Assembly: GCA_019828565.1 (NCBI GenBank)
Contig: JAHDYR010000005.1
Location: forward strand, 521,200-585,199
Length of the DNA: 64,000 nucleotides
Source of the DNA: Carpediemonas membranifera BICM
Lineage: Eukaryota > Protista > Fornicata
Direction of reading: 5' to 3'
The notes beneath the pieces were generated by a model, which saw nothing but the letters and a program-made list of their open reading frames with translations, made no database searches and was not told the DNA's origin. Numbering within the stretch: position 1 is the stretch's first letter; each line of letters opens with the position of its first letter. Made by a program: the position numbers and the translations under genes. Of the stretch, positions 1 through 11,000 are shown in pieces.

Positions 1-1
1 G

Positions 2-679
2 AGCTCACCCATCCACAGGGCTCTTATACGCGCGTGTGCAAGAATGGCCGGCAAATGCGAGCTCACTGTGGGTCGTAAGACTGGAAAGGCATACCCGGTG
101 ACAGTCGAGCAGCTGAAGAGAGCAGCAGCCGCGGCGCGCAAGACCAAGTCACCGGCGCTCACGCAGGCAGTAGCCTTCGGACTGACGTGCTTCTCCACCG
201 TCAGCAGATCAGGGGAGATAATGAGCTTACTCACGACCGACGTTCGGCGGGTGAGAGAGGGCTACGAGATCACTATTCGAAGATCCAAGACCAGGGATGA
301 GCCCATGGTGAAGCTGGTCCCACTACTAGCAGCAGGAGGCTTAAGCCCAGCCAAGTGGCTGAGAGCACACCTCAACGACATTCAGACGGAAGGACCCCTG
401 TGGAGATCCATACAGCACACCGAGAGCCTGCTGAGAGACAACTGCCTTCCACTGACAGCAACAAGGTGGCGCAGATGGGAGATGATCATGGACGTCAACG
501 AGGTCTTCAAGGCAACAGGACACAGCTTCAGACGTGGAGCCGTCGTTCACATGATCGATGAAGGGCGTTCCCCATTGGTTATTCAGGCACTAGGAGGCTG
601 GAAGTCGATCGATTCGGTGAATAGATACTGTGAAGAGGCCATTCGAATCTCACAGCATGCTCTGCAGAGAAGAACATAG
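2..679 (+). CDS. Tyrosine recombinase (YR) of a DIRS-like retrotransposon, 5'-truncated by the window edge
   Basis: The frame is open from base 2. Catalytic set visible: SRSGE (R), RRSKT (K), GHSFRRG (HxxR), LGGWKS (W), VNRY (Y). Clearly related to the YR at 12972-13867. Confidence 0.9.
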   Translation, partial: SSPIHRALIRACARMAGKCELTVGRKTGKAYPVTVEQLKRAAAAARKTKSPALTQAVAFGLTCFSTVSRSGEIMSLLTTDVRRVREGYEITIRRSKTRDEPMVKLVPLLAAGGLSPAKWLRAHLNDIQTEGPLWRSIQHTESLLRDNCLPLTATRWRRWEMIMDVNEVFKATGHSFRRGAVVHMIDEGRSPLVIQALGGWKSIDSVNRYCEEAIRISQHALQRRT

Positions 680-1127
680 AATATAGGACATAAGAGAGCA
701 TTGTAGCGATAAAGGGAGATGAAACGGAACGAGGGGAAAAGAATCAGGCAAGAGTTAGAGAAATGGATGTTTCTCGGATTCGGAACAGGAATTACATATG
801 CCACGTATAACCGGCACAGAAGGTCATAAGTGCAGTAGAGGAAGGCTCAGGGGTACCATCGCAAGGTTAGATGGCGGGATGCATCAATTTGGAATAGTCG
901 ATTATCGTCGACCAAATGGTCGGCATATCATCGATATGTAAGCTATCACGCCTCGGGCGTGGCTCACGCCCTGACACTGCTGGGTCAGGGTGTGTCAGAA
1001 CAGGATTCCGGGGACACGAGAAAGATGGCCAAAATATTTAGAAAATCTCGAAAGATATGATTGTGGATACGGTCTTGATCCGTCCCGATCGCGAGCAGAT
1101 CGTATCCCTCCAGCAGAAACCGTGAGG

Positions 1128-1259
1128 ATGGCCGAAGGCGACACGGATAACGCTGATCCGCCGCCTGTCACCATGGAGAGCCTTGCTGAGCTCATACAAC
1201 AGCAGCAGAACGTCATTACGGCACTCCGTTCGGAGGTTTCATCGGTTAAGGACAGTACA
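1128..1259 (+). CDS. Probable N-terminal fragment of a DIRS-like gag ORF, interrupted by the downstream LINE
   Basis: ATG at 1128 gives MAEGDTDNADPPPVTMESLAELIQQQQNVITALRSEVSSVKDST, an acidic start plus coiled coil. It can be joined in frame to the gag-like ORF resuming at 10691. Confidence 0.5.
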
Positions 1260-3050
1260 CGGGACCCGAGACGCCCGTCTCGTTACGTAGGAGCCGTGCC
1301 CGCGAGCAAGGGTTAGCCCAAGCAGTACACACCCGATGTTTAACCATCCGCCTCGGCCGAGCGAGTGAGTCCACCCGCAAGTACGAGAGACATCCCCAGC
1401 CGCCTGAGCAATGTCCAGCTACCGTCAATTGACAGCATCATGTAGTGATGCGACACACGATCGAGTGGCCAATGAGTCGTCGCTCATCTCGAAGCGGACA
1501 GTTCTAGTGCCGAATAGCCGTCACAGCAGTCAAGCCTTCGCAATGTCAGCCAGGCTTGTGACATAAGCTGTGCCGACAGTCATCTACTAGTGCAAGAAGC
1601 ACTTCATAGTATCCTGAGTCAAGCGTACTCAGCCTAACACCCAACCTGTACCGGAAGGTAGGTTACCCATGTTCAGTCAGCACCGGTGCGCTTTAACGTT
1701 ACATGTACATTTATAACTCGTCGAAACTACGTTCGTAGTTCATCCAATCGGTCTCACCAGGAGGTTAATCCTCGGTGGAGACGGCCAGTGAGCTGTGTCG
1801 AACAACGGAGCATCTTGCATGCTCTGAGTAGGCGCAGAGGCCAGGTAGGTTTTGTATAGCACATGAGTGTCTACAAGCCTTTGAGCTGTCGTTCGACATC
1901 TCTATTTTGCACCGCCTTGGCAGTTAGCCAGTATAGGGGTGTCGCTTACTTACATAGGGATCCCAACAACTTGATATATATCGCGATCCAGACCAGTAGG
2001 TCTGTGGACGGGTGGTAGTGGTCAGCTGAGCGTTGATCCACGGTGCGGTGAGTCTGAGGGAGTGCACGCCCGACGACAACACGGCTGTGTGTGACACCTT
2101 GGGACCGCCATCTAAGGTTCGGGTAATGGATGCTTTGCCGACGGGCTCTGCACACCTGAGCGTCCGGAAAGGCCATGTGGCAAGTACGGTTGTTACGGAG
2201 CATGTTCTGAGTCAGCTAGCGAGCATGTATGCTCTAGCACACGAGTGTCGTTCAACACTCTTCTATTAAGCTATCAGGTCTGAGCCAGGCCGATTAACGG
2301 CGCTCGCTGACAGCGATTAGTCATGATTACACACCAGCGAGTTAGAGCTGAGCCCAGTCGGGTGCTCATCGCTGTGCTGTTGTCTTGAATGGTTGTGAGC
2401 CTAGGCCATCGTTCGATAGGTAAGCCCGACTCATTCATAAGCCTGAATACACGGCAGGCAGTCTATGATAGACTATGATGGAACATGAGCCGCAACGAGT
2501 CAGTGGGCCAGGGTTGAAACCCGCAGTCCGACACGTCATCCCGGAGAACGGTTGTGTTCGGAGCAGTACCGTCGTTTGAATGGTATATGTCCAAATGGTG
2601 GACGGGTTAGACCGGCCCCAAGACCACAGTTGGAGGCGATGGGGTGGCCAAGCTTACGGTTAGAGGCTTGACCGATGAGACCCTGCATCGAGGACCGAGT
2701 TGTCCTATAGATGAGTGTCAGTAATAGAGTAGCCTGCTACCTTAAGCTTTTGCTTAAGTGTGGTTGGATACGTCCCAAGAGACAGTCCCTTTTCAAAGAC
2801 GTACAGCGTCATGCCATACGTGGCTATTATAGAGCCGTCAGAACAAACGCGCCTGACCAGTCTTTCGACAGGTTTGGTCGCTTCGTCTGGACCTTGAGCC
2901 CGACACGAAATGTTGCGCATGCACAGCGCAGTCATCTGTCGCCACAAATCGAACTAGTGTGGCTTTCTCCGGCTTCACCTTTACGTGAGCGCCGGGTGGT
3001 TCTCTTCCCAAACCCCTTTGAGCGCTTCAGACAGCTCAGATTTTACTCAG
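1260..3050 (+). ncRNA. Long hairpin-rich non-coding region, putative structured 5' leader of the LINE
   Basis: No credible long ORF. Many perfect short inverted repeats: 1267-1282, 1435-1451, 1614-1632, 1725-1740, 1808-1824, 1989-2004, 2243-2260, 2460-2474, 2741-2758, 2941-2963, plus a long-range stem 1796-1803/1891-1898. Confidence 0.45.
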
Positions 3051-3402
3051 CAATGACCTTTTTTCTTCCGGTTTCGGGGGTTTTTTAGTCTTCACCAGGT
3101 GGTTTCTCTTTCTGATTCGATCAGTTTCTTCGCCGCCGCAGCAACTTCCCAATCATTGCCTACATGTGTTACGGCCGTCACTTAGACGACCGTGGAGGGC
3201 AGTAACATCTACAACCCAGCCACCACATCAGTTCCTTCATCGCAGCAAGTACATCGGACAGCTTAGAGCCGAACGGTCGGCCGTGCGGTCCACATGTGGT
3301 GTCGGAATATCTTTTTGATATCTCAAAACATTATGACATCGAGCAACGACAGGTTCCGTCACATGTCGCGTCACCAGACGCAACAGCTCACCTTACATAC
3401 TT

Positions 3403-3756
3403 TTGTCAAGGCTCATCTCTATCAAGATGACCCTTGGAGGGGCAGTGTGGTGTGACTCAGGTCACAACAGGTATTATCCTGCACATTTGGTGCAGGATAT
3501 GGCAGTATTCTCTCTAAAGTCTTTATTGGTTCCCTTGTGTCCAGGACTGACCACAGTCCTACGCAAGGAACTACTCCTCATGAACGCTCGTGTGCAGGAG
3601 CTGCAGAGGAACGCCCGCAACGAGGGCTGGTCCAAGCCTCAGTCCTCCTCAATGCGCGAGGAAGCTGATTGGATCGAGCGCATATACCGTATGATGCGCA
3701 AAAAATTTTCCGCACCATGGGCAAAAGTAGTTCTGGCTACAGAGGCCCAATCTTAG
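3403..3756 (+). CDS. Short ORF overlapping the start of the LINE polyprotein (ORF1 remnant or frameshifted N-terminus)
   Basis: 117-aa ORF with a helical or coiled-coil character (LLLMNARVQELQRNARNE), overlapping the next ORF in the -1 frame. Confidence 0.3.
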   Translation: MSRLISIKMTLGGAVWCDSGHNRYYPAHLVQDMAVFSLKSLLVPLCPGLTTVLRKELLLMNARVQELQRNARNEGWSKPQSSSMREEADWIERIYRMMRKKFSAPWAKVVLATEAQS

Positions 3757-6700
3757 CGAAAGACACTGGTCCGCAACCACAAAGTACCACTGCTGCTCAA
3801 AGCAGTATCGCCGACCAACGCTTCCTGACGAGGAAGCACCTCAAATATGTTTCATCCGCCCCTCCTGTCCTCAAAAGACAACTACTAGCAGGCATTGCCT
3901 TTATTGGGGACCCCGTAATCATCCATCCCTTCAAAACTGAGCTTGCAACACACTCATCGACGGGCAATTTCGTCTCGGTGGCAATCCCAAACCTAAAACG
4001 GGACAACGCCCGCTATAAGCGGGCTAAGGATGCCTGTAATGACCTACTCCAAGATGCTGAGCACCTTGCAGCTGCATTTGGGCTCTCCATCCGGGAAGGT
4101 ATCCTCAAACTCTTTCCCCTCATTGCCTATGATCTTGTCCACACGGTTGGAACGCTTAAGGCTGCCCTAATCCACTGCAGGTTCACGGGACTCCCCCCAG
4201 CTAGCAGCATGGACTGGAGCAAGTTCGCAGATTTCATCTCCGCCAGATGCCCTACAGTGTTAGACCAACGGAACGATCCTTGGCCTCCAACCATATCCAC
4301 TGTCCCGAACTCTCCGAGCCTGACATGGCAGGCAGTCGGTCAAAGAGAGCCTCTTGGTCCCCGCATCGCTCACTCCGGCCGGCCCGGCCCCATTGTATCT
4401 CCGGATGGTCTCAACCTCACGCCGTTCATGGGCCTCGAGGTAATCCACTTACTGTATGGCGCCTCTCCCGTGTTGGGAGGACATGCGATGACTGAGCTTT
4501 ATGCCGAATGGGGTGGAGCCACAGCGGCCGACCTTCAGTCTTCCTTATCGAATACCTTATCAGACAGCCTTATCTCTCCCATTCGCCGGAAGGCCTATCC
4601 AGTCGATGACTCTACTATATCCATAAGTTCCTGTTCAAACTCTGATGTTGAGCTCGCAAGCCCGATCCCTGTTAGCGTGGAAGAGGTTGCGCGGCAGGTT
4701 CGGAAAGAAATATCGTCTTGCGAAGAGAACAGCATTTATCCATCATCCCCGATCGTAGCTGAGGAGCCTAACGCCCGTTGGGGCCCTCTCATGAGCATCC
4801 CAGTTCACGCCGACGGCAACTGTGGCCTTCACTCACTTGCTGTCTCTCTGGGTATGACGGGCCTGACGAGACGAGAAGCCGTGTCGAAACTTGCCTCCGC
4901 CATCCAGAATGGTACAGTGGATCTTAACTCCTCGTGGAGATCCACGGTGCGCACTTTAACCACACACACCACCGCTAGCGACATTGGTAGTGCCTTCCTA
5001 TCCACCACAGACCTCCGCAATATTGCATCGCTCTTCGGAAAAAATGTGCTTATTGCTCATCGATATGATGCCAACACAGTCTCAGTAACCATCCCAGCAT
5101 TATCCGAGTTCTCTACACTTCCTCTCAATATTGACGCGCTCAAAACGATGCTCAAAACCGATTACATCCTCATTAGACTGAGTGCTCTGCACTTCACGCC
5201 TCTTTTTCCGTCTGTGAGGAGCGCAGAAGCAAGGCGCCTGCAATATGCTGAATATCGTCCAAGAAGAGCCCCCTCTAGTGTGGCTCGCAACAACATCGCC
5301 GCTGGAGGCCTCGATAGCGCCCCCTCTAGTGTGGCTCGCAACAACATCGCCGCTGAAGGCCTCGATAGCGCCCCCTCTAGTGTGGCTCGCAACAACATCG
5401 CCGCTGGAGGCCTCGATAGCGCCCCCTCTAGTGTGGCCCGCAACAACCGTGATGGCGTCCATGGCGCTCTCATAGGCTTGTCTGGCAAGAGAGAGGGTCC
5501 TGTTTCTCATATCCTAGTGGTCGACTTTGAAGGACTAGGAACTGCCGTAGACCGCAGAGCCACCAAACAGAGTCGCGTCTCATATCCCGTAGAGGCCGGC
5601 GCCACACTCCTAGCCCGCGTCAAGGATCCTGAAACGGGGATAATGATGTGGGACGTCGCAGGGGTCCACTGGGGCGGCTTAGAAGTTGATATCCCAGCGC
5701 AGTTAATGCAGACAGCTTTATACCAAGCGGCAGTTGTTCATGGGTGTCCTCCCATGAGCTTCAGAGTACACCCCGACCACCCCGGGATCTCATTCCCCAG
5801 CCCGACCGACTGGCTTCACCACCTCACGGTCATAGTGAGCTCCCTCCCGAACTGCATCATGGTCGCCAAAGACCCGAGACTTGAGAACTCCGTCCTAGAG
5901 TCATGGGTCTCGGAAAGCGATGCCCCCTTCCTTGACAAGGTCTATGACATAAGTGATCTAGAGTCCATAGACAAAAGATCCTTTGGGCATATCCATGACT
6001 ACTGCCGTTCACCCGAGTTCTCTGAGGCGATGTCGATAGCCCAATGTCTCACAATGGTGAAGTGCCCCTGCCCGTACCACATTGGAACAGATCCAGGCTA
6101 CCATTGTGCTCTCAGTGACACTGTAGCTTTCGCGGCGGTACTGCACACAGTCTCATGTCTCGACCGAACATCTAGGGGAGCTATCACATCCACGTACTCT
6201 GAAATCACTGATGCATGGAGGAAAGACTTGGATGTCCTCATCGGCAACTGGTCCTCTCTCCTGCCCGACCTGGCCGTGCTACTACTCCAAGACCTCCACC
6301 TGCCAACGCTTGAGGAGCTGCACCACATCCTCAAGGAGTACGTAATAGCACCTAAGGGTGGCTGCTCCTTCCCCACAGGTGATAGGGCCAGACAGGCTAT
6401 GACGCGCCGTCAATTTATTGCAGTGCGGAGCCCAGCTCGGCGAGGGTGGGAATGGTTTGATCCTCTTGCCAAGATGATAGCGGTGGCGGATGCGGCAGGC
6501 ATAGTCCCTCCAAACAGCCTAGAACAGCCATTCATCAGGATAGCGACGGTGAATAACGACAGCTCCTTCAGCAATCAGTTGACGGCTCAGCAAGTTTACT
6601 GGGAGTGCCCTCCTCACCGAGACCTACCGCAATCTGCTGCAGAGCTTCTGGCTCTCAACGTTCCTCCCTCGGCAGACAACTCCAAAGGAGTAGTCAAGAG

Positions 6701-9700
6701 GTCCTACAGAGCGCCGGATCATTGGTTTCTAGTCCCGAGAATCCCCAACAAGCCAGTGCGAGGGCTCCGCAAAGTCAGACTGAGAGGGCCCATGACTCGA
6801 GGAGACATGGATGCCCTCATACAGAAGGCAGAAACAGCATGGGTCAGCGAAGCGTGGGACCTTTCTCCGGTGTTCAAAGCTCTCCAGAGTGCCCGAGCTC
6901 ACGACGGTAACTGGAGTGAGGTTGAGCCACCGGCTTCTTCCACGCCAGCTCCAAGCTTAGCCACGCGAGTCTCGCCTGCGACCTTCAGGAATCAGAGAGG
7001 GCGAAGTCAAGCAGGTAGACGACCAGTAAATGGTCACCTCTACTCGTGGAATTGCACATCACTCAACATCACCAAGATGACTCTTGCTCTAGTACAAGAC
7101 GTGGACATCATGGCCATTCAGGAGCTATGGTGGTGGGCCCAGTCCCCGGAGCTGCCCACAACGAATGACAAGGTCCTGCTATACCACGGAGTGATCAAGT
7201 CAGAGTCCGAGACAAAGCATCTAGGCGTAGGCATCATGCTGAGGAAGGAATTAGCTGAGCTCTGCACATACGTCGAGAACCAACCCCACTCTCCAAGGTT
7301 GATTCAAGCTGACCTAGGCTGCGTGTTTGTAACAGCTGGCAAACTGAAGGTCCGTGTCATGTCCATCTATAGTCCATGCACGGGAGCACAAGCCAAGAAA
7401 GAGTTCCACACTCTACTGTCCTCCGAGGTGAAGAAAGCTATTGAGCAAGGGCTCCAAGTTCTTGTCATGGGAGACTTCAACACGAACCTACTAGATCCAT
7501 CGACGCTGTGGGCTACCACCCTAAAGGAGTGTGGCTTGAGACTGGTAGTGCCCGACGGCCCGACCTTCATGGACAGAGTAATTGATGGCATCGCAGCAAC
7601 ACCTAAGCTGGCTGATCTCATCGAGAAGCCGCTCACAGTATCCCTTGAACCCAAAGGACACAGAGCGGTTGTAGCAAGATCAGGCATAACGGGTTACTTT
7701 CGCACGAGGAGCAAGGCAACAGCAGTCCTCAACGAAAGACATGTGGCTAACGTACTTGAATGCAGCAAGGATCATCGAAAGGCGAGGACTCTCCTGAGGA
7801 ACATCAGCCACCTTGATGTCGACCAAGCCTTTCAAAGCCTGACGTCGACTATCAACCGATGGGCGTTGGTGGACACTGCGGCCTCACATGAAGTGAGAGA
7901 AGTCGAGAGAGCAGAAGACTACGACCACTGGTTTGTCGCCGGAGAGCAGATCGGTATTTCCCCTGAACGGCTCTATGAGCTCATCATTGAGGATCATCGC
8001 CACCAACATCAGCTCAAGGAGAGGACGAGCAGAGGCCCCAAAGCTCTCGTGTGCTCTGAGCTATCATCAGCAATGCTATCAGTAGCGTTAGCATCCTCGG
8101 AGAGCCACGCCCACTCAACACTCAAAGCCTACCATGCCCGAGCCAAGCGAGTCTCTGAGAGCATGGATGTCATGTCCCCTGAATTCTTTAGATACGTCCA
8201 TTGGAAGCTTTTGAAGGGGCAGGCCAGAGTGTCTGGTCTTCGCAGAGACCTGGAAGGCTTACTCAGAGGACCCGGCCTTCCTGCTACCACCACAGTAGGA
8301 GGCAGAGTGATCACCAACCGAGAAGAAGTAGCCAAGGCCTTCGAGGAGTGGTATGCGTCAGTATCATATGTGGCAGGAGCAGTAGAACCATCCATCTCTC
8401 GCCCCGATATAGAGCTCGAAATCACGGACACTCTCCTGGAAGGGGCTCTCAAATCTGCCAAGAATAGATCAGCCCCAGGCAGTGATGGACTAACCCCGGC
8501 AATTTTCAAATATAGCCCAGTCCTCAAGGAGGCGCTCAAGACTCTGCTACAGAAGTGCATTGACCAACTCAAGACCCCAGCAGAGTGGCATACCGCCGTG
8601 GTAATTCCATTGAAAAAGCCCGGCTCTACTAGCGATGCTCCTGTGGCGTTCAGACCTATCTCCCTACTTTCCACAGCCCACAAGGTGCTCGGCACAATGA
8701 TGATCCGCACGATTGACCGAGACAACCCTCTTCCCCCTGAACAATACGGTGCAAGGCCGGGTGTTTCATCGGTTGATGCACTATGGGCTATTGAGCACGC
8801 GAGACGTGGGTTCAAAGCGACCCACATTGGGACTCTGGACGTGGCTAAGGCCTTTGACCGTGTCCCGAGGAGAGATGCATTGGACTCGTTGAGGGGGGAA
8901 CAGAAGGGCCATTGAGATGTTGAAGGAGATGCATTTGCACACAAGGATCTCTATGCGAGGTAGCAGCACTAGCGCCGCTACCAACACAGGAGTACGGCAA
9001 GGATGCACCACTGCTCCCTTCATCTTCACAAGATACCTTGCGGAAGTCCCTCACATCATTGCAAGCTTAACCGCTCTAGGGAAGGAAGCAATTGAGAAGC
9101 TTCCTCCCGACATAGAGACCCTGAGACGAGTGGCAGCAAGGCCGTGCGTTCCCTGGATTGTCACAGTCCTGTTCGTTGATGACATTACAATAGTAGCTCC
9201 CTCCCTTAAGTGGTTGGAGGCAGCACTTACGGCGGCATGGACATGCATGCTAGCGCTATCCTTGGAGCCCAACGATAAGACCACCTATGTCTCAGAGGAC
9301 GACACCCCCTCCCTCACCATCCATGGCAATCCAGTCATTAAGAGAGACGCGGTCAAGCTCCTAGGGGTCCTCTTCGATACGTCCCGAGACTTCTCCACCC
9401 AGAATAGGACTATGGGCGAAAGGATAGACAGAGAGCTACGACTACTGAGAGCTAGCGGCGTGATGCACTCCAAGTTCTGTCCTCGCATTGTAGAGGTCTA
9501 CACCCTCCCCAAGCTGCTGTACGGGTGGAGCGTCTGGGCTAATCATAAGGCTGTCTCCCAGGTAGGCAAGCTTGCATCGGCAGCCCTAAGGATCAGCCCA
9601 ACTGCATCGGAGGCGAAGTACCTGGAGCTAGGCTGGCTGCATCCAGAGGCAATGCTCCTGCTGGACAGATTCAAGCAAGGGGGTGAGATGGGCGAGAATC

Positions 9701-10315
9701 CATCCGGGCAAGGATCTCCCAGACTGCATTGCTGAGGCACAAGGCAGCCTTGGCCTGTCCCACTCCGACAGCCTTGACCTAGCAGCCTGTCGAGCAGCCC
9801 AGCTCTCTCACGACATAATCTGCCGTGGTAACAAAGTGGCTGTCAGGAGATACGTCACGGAGTCGGCACTCACCCGCCCTTTTACCCGCTCTAACTACCC
9901 GGCCAGGCAGCCATACCTCGACCATCTAACGGCTGGGCCAGCGAAGCGCCTCGCGATGCTACGGCTATCGTGTCTACCAATGCCAACGAGAGGGGCTCTT
10001 CCTGACGCGTGGCAGCCGGTCAGGGGAATCCTACAGGACCTGAAGGATGAACCGGAAGCCGCCGCAGCTCTTGAGGCATGTCCTCTCTGTCAGGGTGAGG
10101 CCATCGCCGCGGCTGTGATTGAGATCCTGACGTCCCCTACCAAGACCTTAGCAGTGCTGAGATCCAGGACGTGGGTTGTCCTGAACCAGACCCACTTGGC
10201 TAAGTGCGACCACTTCAAGATTAACCCCATCCTCCTTTTCAAGGACCCCCTGACCCTGAGCAGGCGTGACGACGCCAAGCTCACACATATGTTGAGTGTA
10301 CTTTGTGACGCGTGA
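3717..10315 (+). CDS. LINE polyprotein: OTU protease, DEDDh (MAEL/arenavirus-NP-like) exonuclease, APE endonuclease, reverse transcriptase, Zn knuckle; two frameshifts in G homopolymers
   Basis: OTU: VHADGNCGLHSL...LHFTPL (~4791-5205). Exonuclease: VVDFEG, YPVEAG, VHGCP, CPYH, HCALSD (~5508-6150). APE: SWNC, AIQE, GVGI, SIYSP, MGDFN, PTF..RVID, GHRAV (~7035-7670). RT: SAPGSDG, FRPISLL, QYGARPG, LDVAKAFD, GVRQG, LFVDD, LLGV. C-terminal CPLC...HLAKC. The frame breaks at G6 (8893-8898) and G5 (9679-9683). Confidence 0.88.
5268..5447 (+). repeat. In-frame 51-bp tandem repeat, 3.5 copies (APSSVARNNIAAGGLDS)
   Basis: Units start at 5268, 5319 and 5370, with a partial copy at 5421; near-identical. 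Lies between the OTU and exonuclease domains. Confidence 0.95.
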
Positions 10316-10690
10316 CTGGTAGGTTCCCTCGCTTACATAGGAAAACGCCACCGTCCTCCCCGGTCTCAGGACCTCCTCGATCATCGTCCTGAGGGAGCCC
10401 CATCGGGCTCGGAGCACAGAGTCCCGCAGCGCCAAGAGCTGGAAGTTGTGAGCTGGCCGACCCGCGTGGGTCATCTTTTTACCCTTCTTCGAAGGGGTTT
10501 TAGGCCCTCCTCTCCCTGCAGCTTCAGAACAGTACTCTTGGGCGCCGCAGCTCTGGCTTCCAATGTTATGAGAACCGTTGCCCTCCTGCGGCTGATCACC
10601 GCTCGTCTGGCTCGGGTTGTGGCCAGTGCCTGGAGGTGGACACCCCGGCACTGTATCAAAAAATAAACTCAAAAACTCAAAAACTCAAAA
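10316..10690 (+). other. LINE 3' UTR with stem-loops and an A-rich (CTCAAAAA)n tail
   Basis: Stems CTCAGGAC/GTCCTGAG, GAGCCC/GGGCTC, CCCTTC/GAAGGG and terminal CAGTGCC/GGCACTG, followed by TCAAAAAATAAACTCAAAAACTCAAAAACTCAAAA. Confidence 0.75.
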
Positions 10691-11000
10691 CCGTATGATG
10701 CGCTACGAGGAGCCGATCGACATCGACGTCATCTTGCTCGAGCTCTACGCACGCCACCGATCTCTCGACATCAAGGACCGTTACGGCTACCAGGCAGCCG
10801 CAGCTGTGAGCATCGCTTCAAAGGCTTTCATCGCCACCCCGCCGAGAGACGCCCAACACGCCGATGTTGCCACGCGCCAACTGGAGCTCGAGCAGCGCAT
10901 TCTTCACACGCTGGCAAAATTTCCCCGTCTGGCCCAGGCTCAGCAAGAGCGCTCCGCCTTCAAGGCGGGCAAGCCCGGACCGAAAAGAAGCCGCCAGTAA
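10691..11000 (+). CDS. C-terminal part of the DIRS-like gag ORF
   Basis: Helical ORF (RMMRYEEPIDIDVILLELYARH...AFKAGKPGPKRSRQ) beginning immediately after the LINE tail and directly upstream of RT. Confidence 0.55.

Larger units (their letters stand above)
1259..10690 (+). mobile_element. Non-LTR retrotransposon (APE-type LINE) with OTU and DEDDh/Maelstrom-like domains and a long structured 5' leader
   Basis: APE, RT and Cys/His knuckle coding region, structured 3' UTR and A-rich tail ending at 10690. The 5' boundary is inferred from where the gag fragment breaks; no TSD is visible. Confidence 0.8.

Noticed and set aside
1260-3050. rRNA gene or group I/II intron as the explanation for the structured region
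   Set aside because: I recognised no universal rRNA motifs, no group II domain V and no group I core. No hammerhead core or complete HDV-like fold could be assigned by eye.
3697-3712. Programmed -1 frameshift at CAAAAAATTTTCC between the 3403 ORF and the polyprotein
   Set aside because: The run is not phased as X XXY YYZ in the upstream frame, and an in-frame ATG exists at 3717.
5268-5447. CRISPR-like array
   Set aside because: The units are contiguous with no unique spacers, are a multiple of 3 and lie in frame within a protein.
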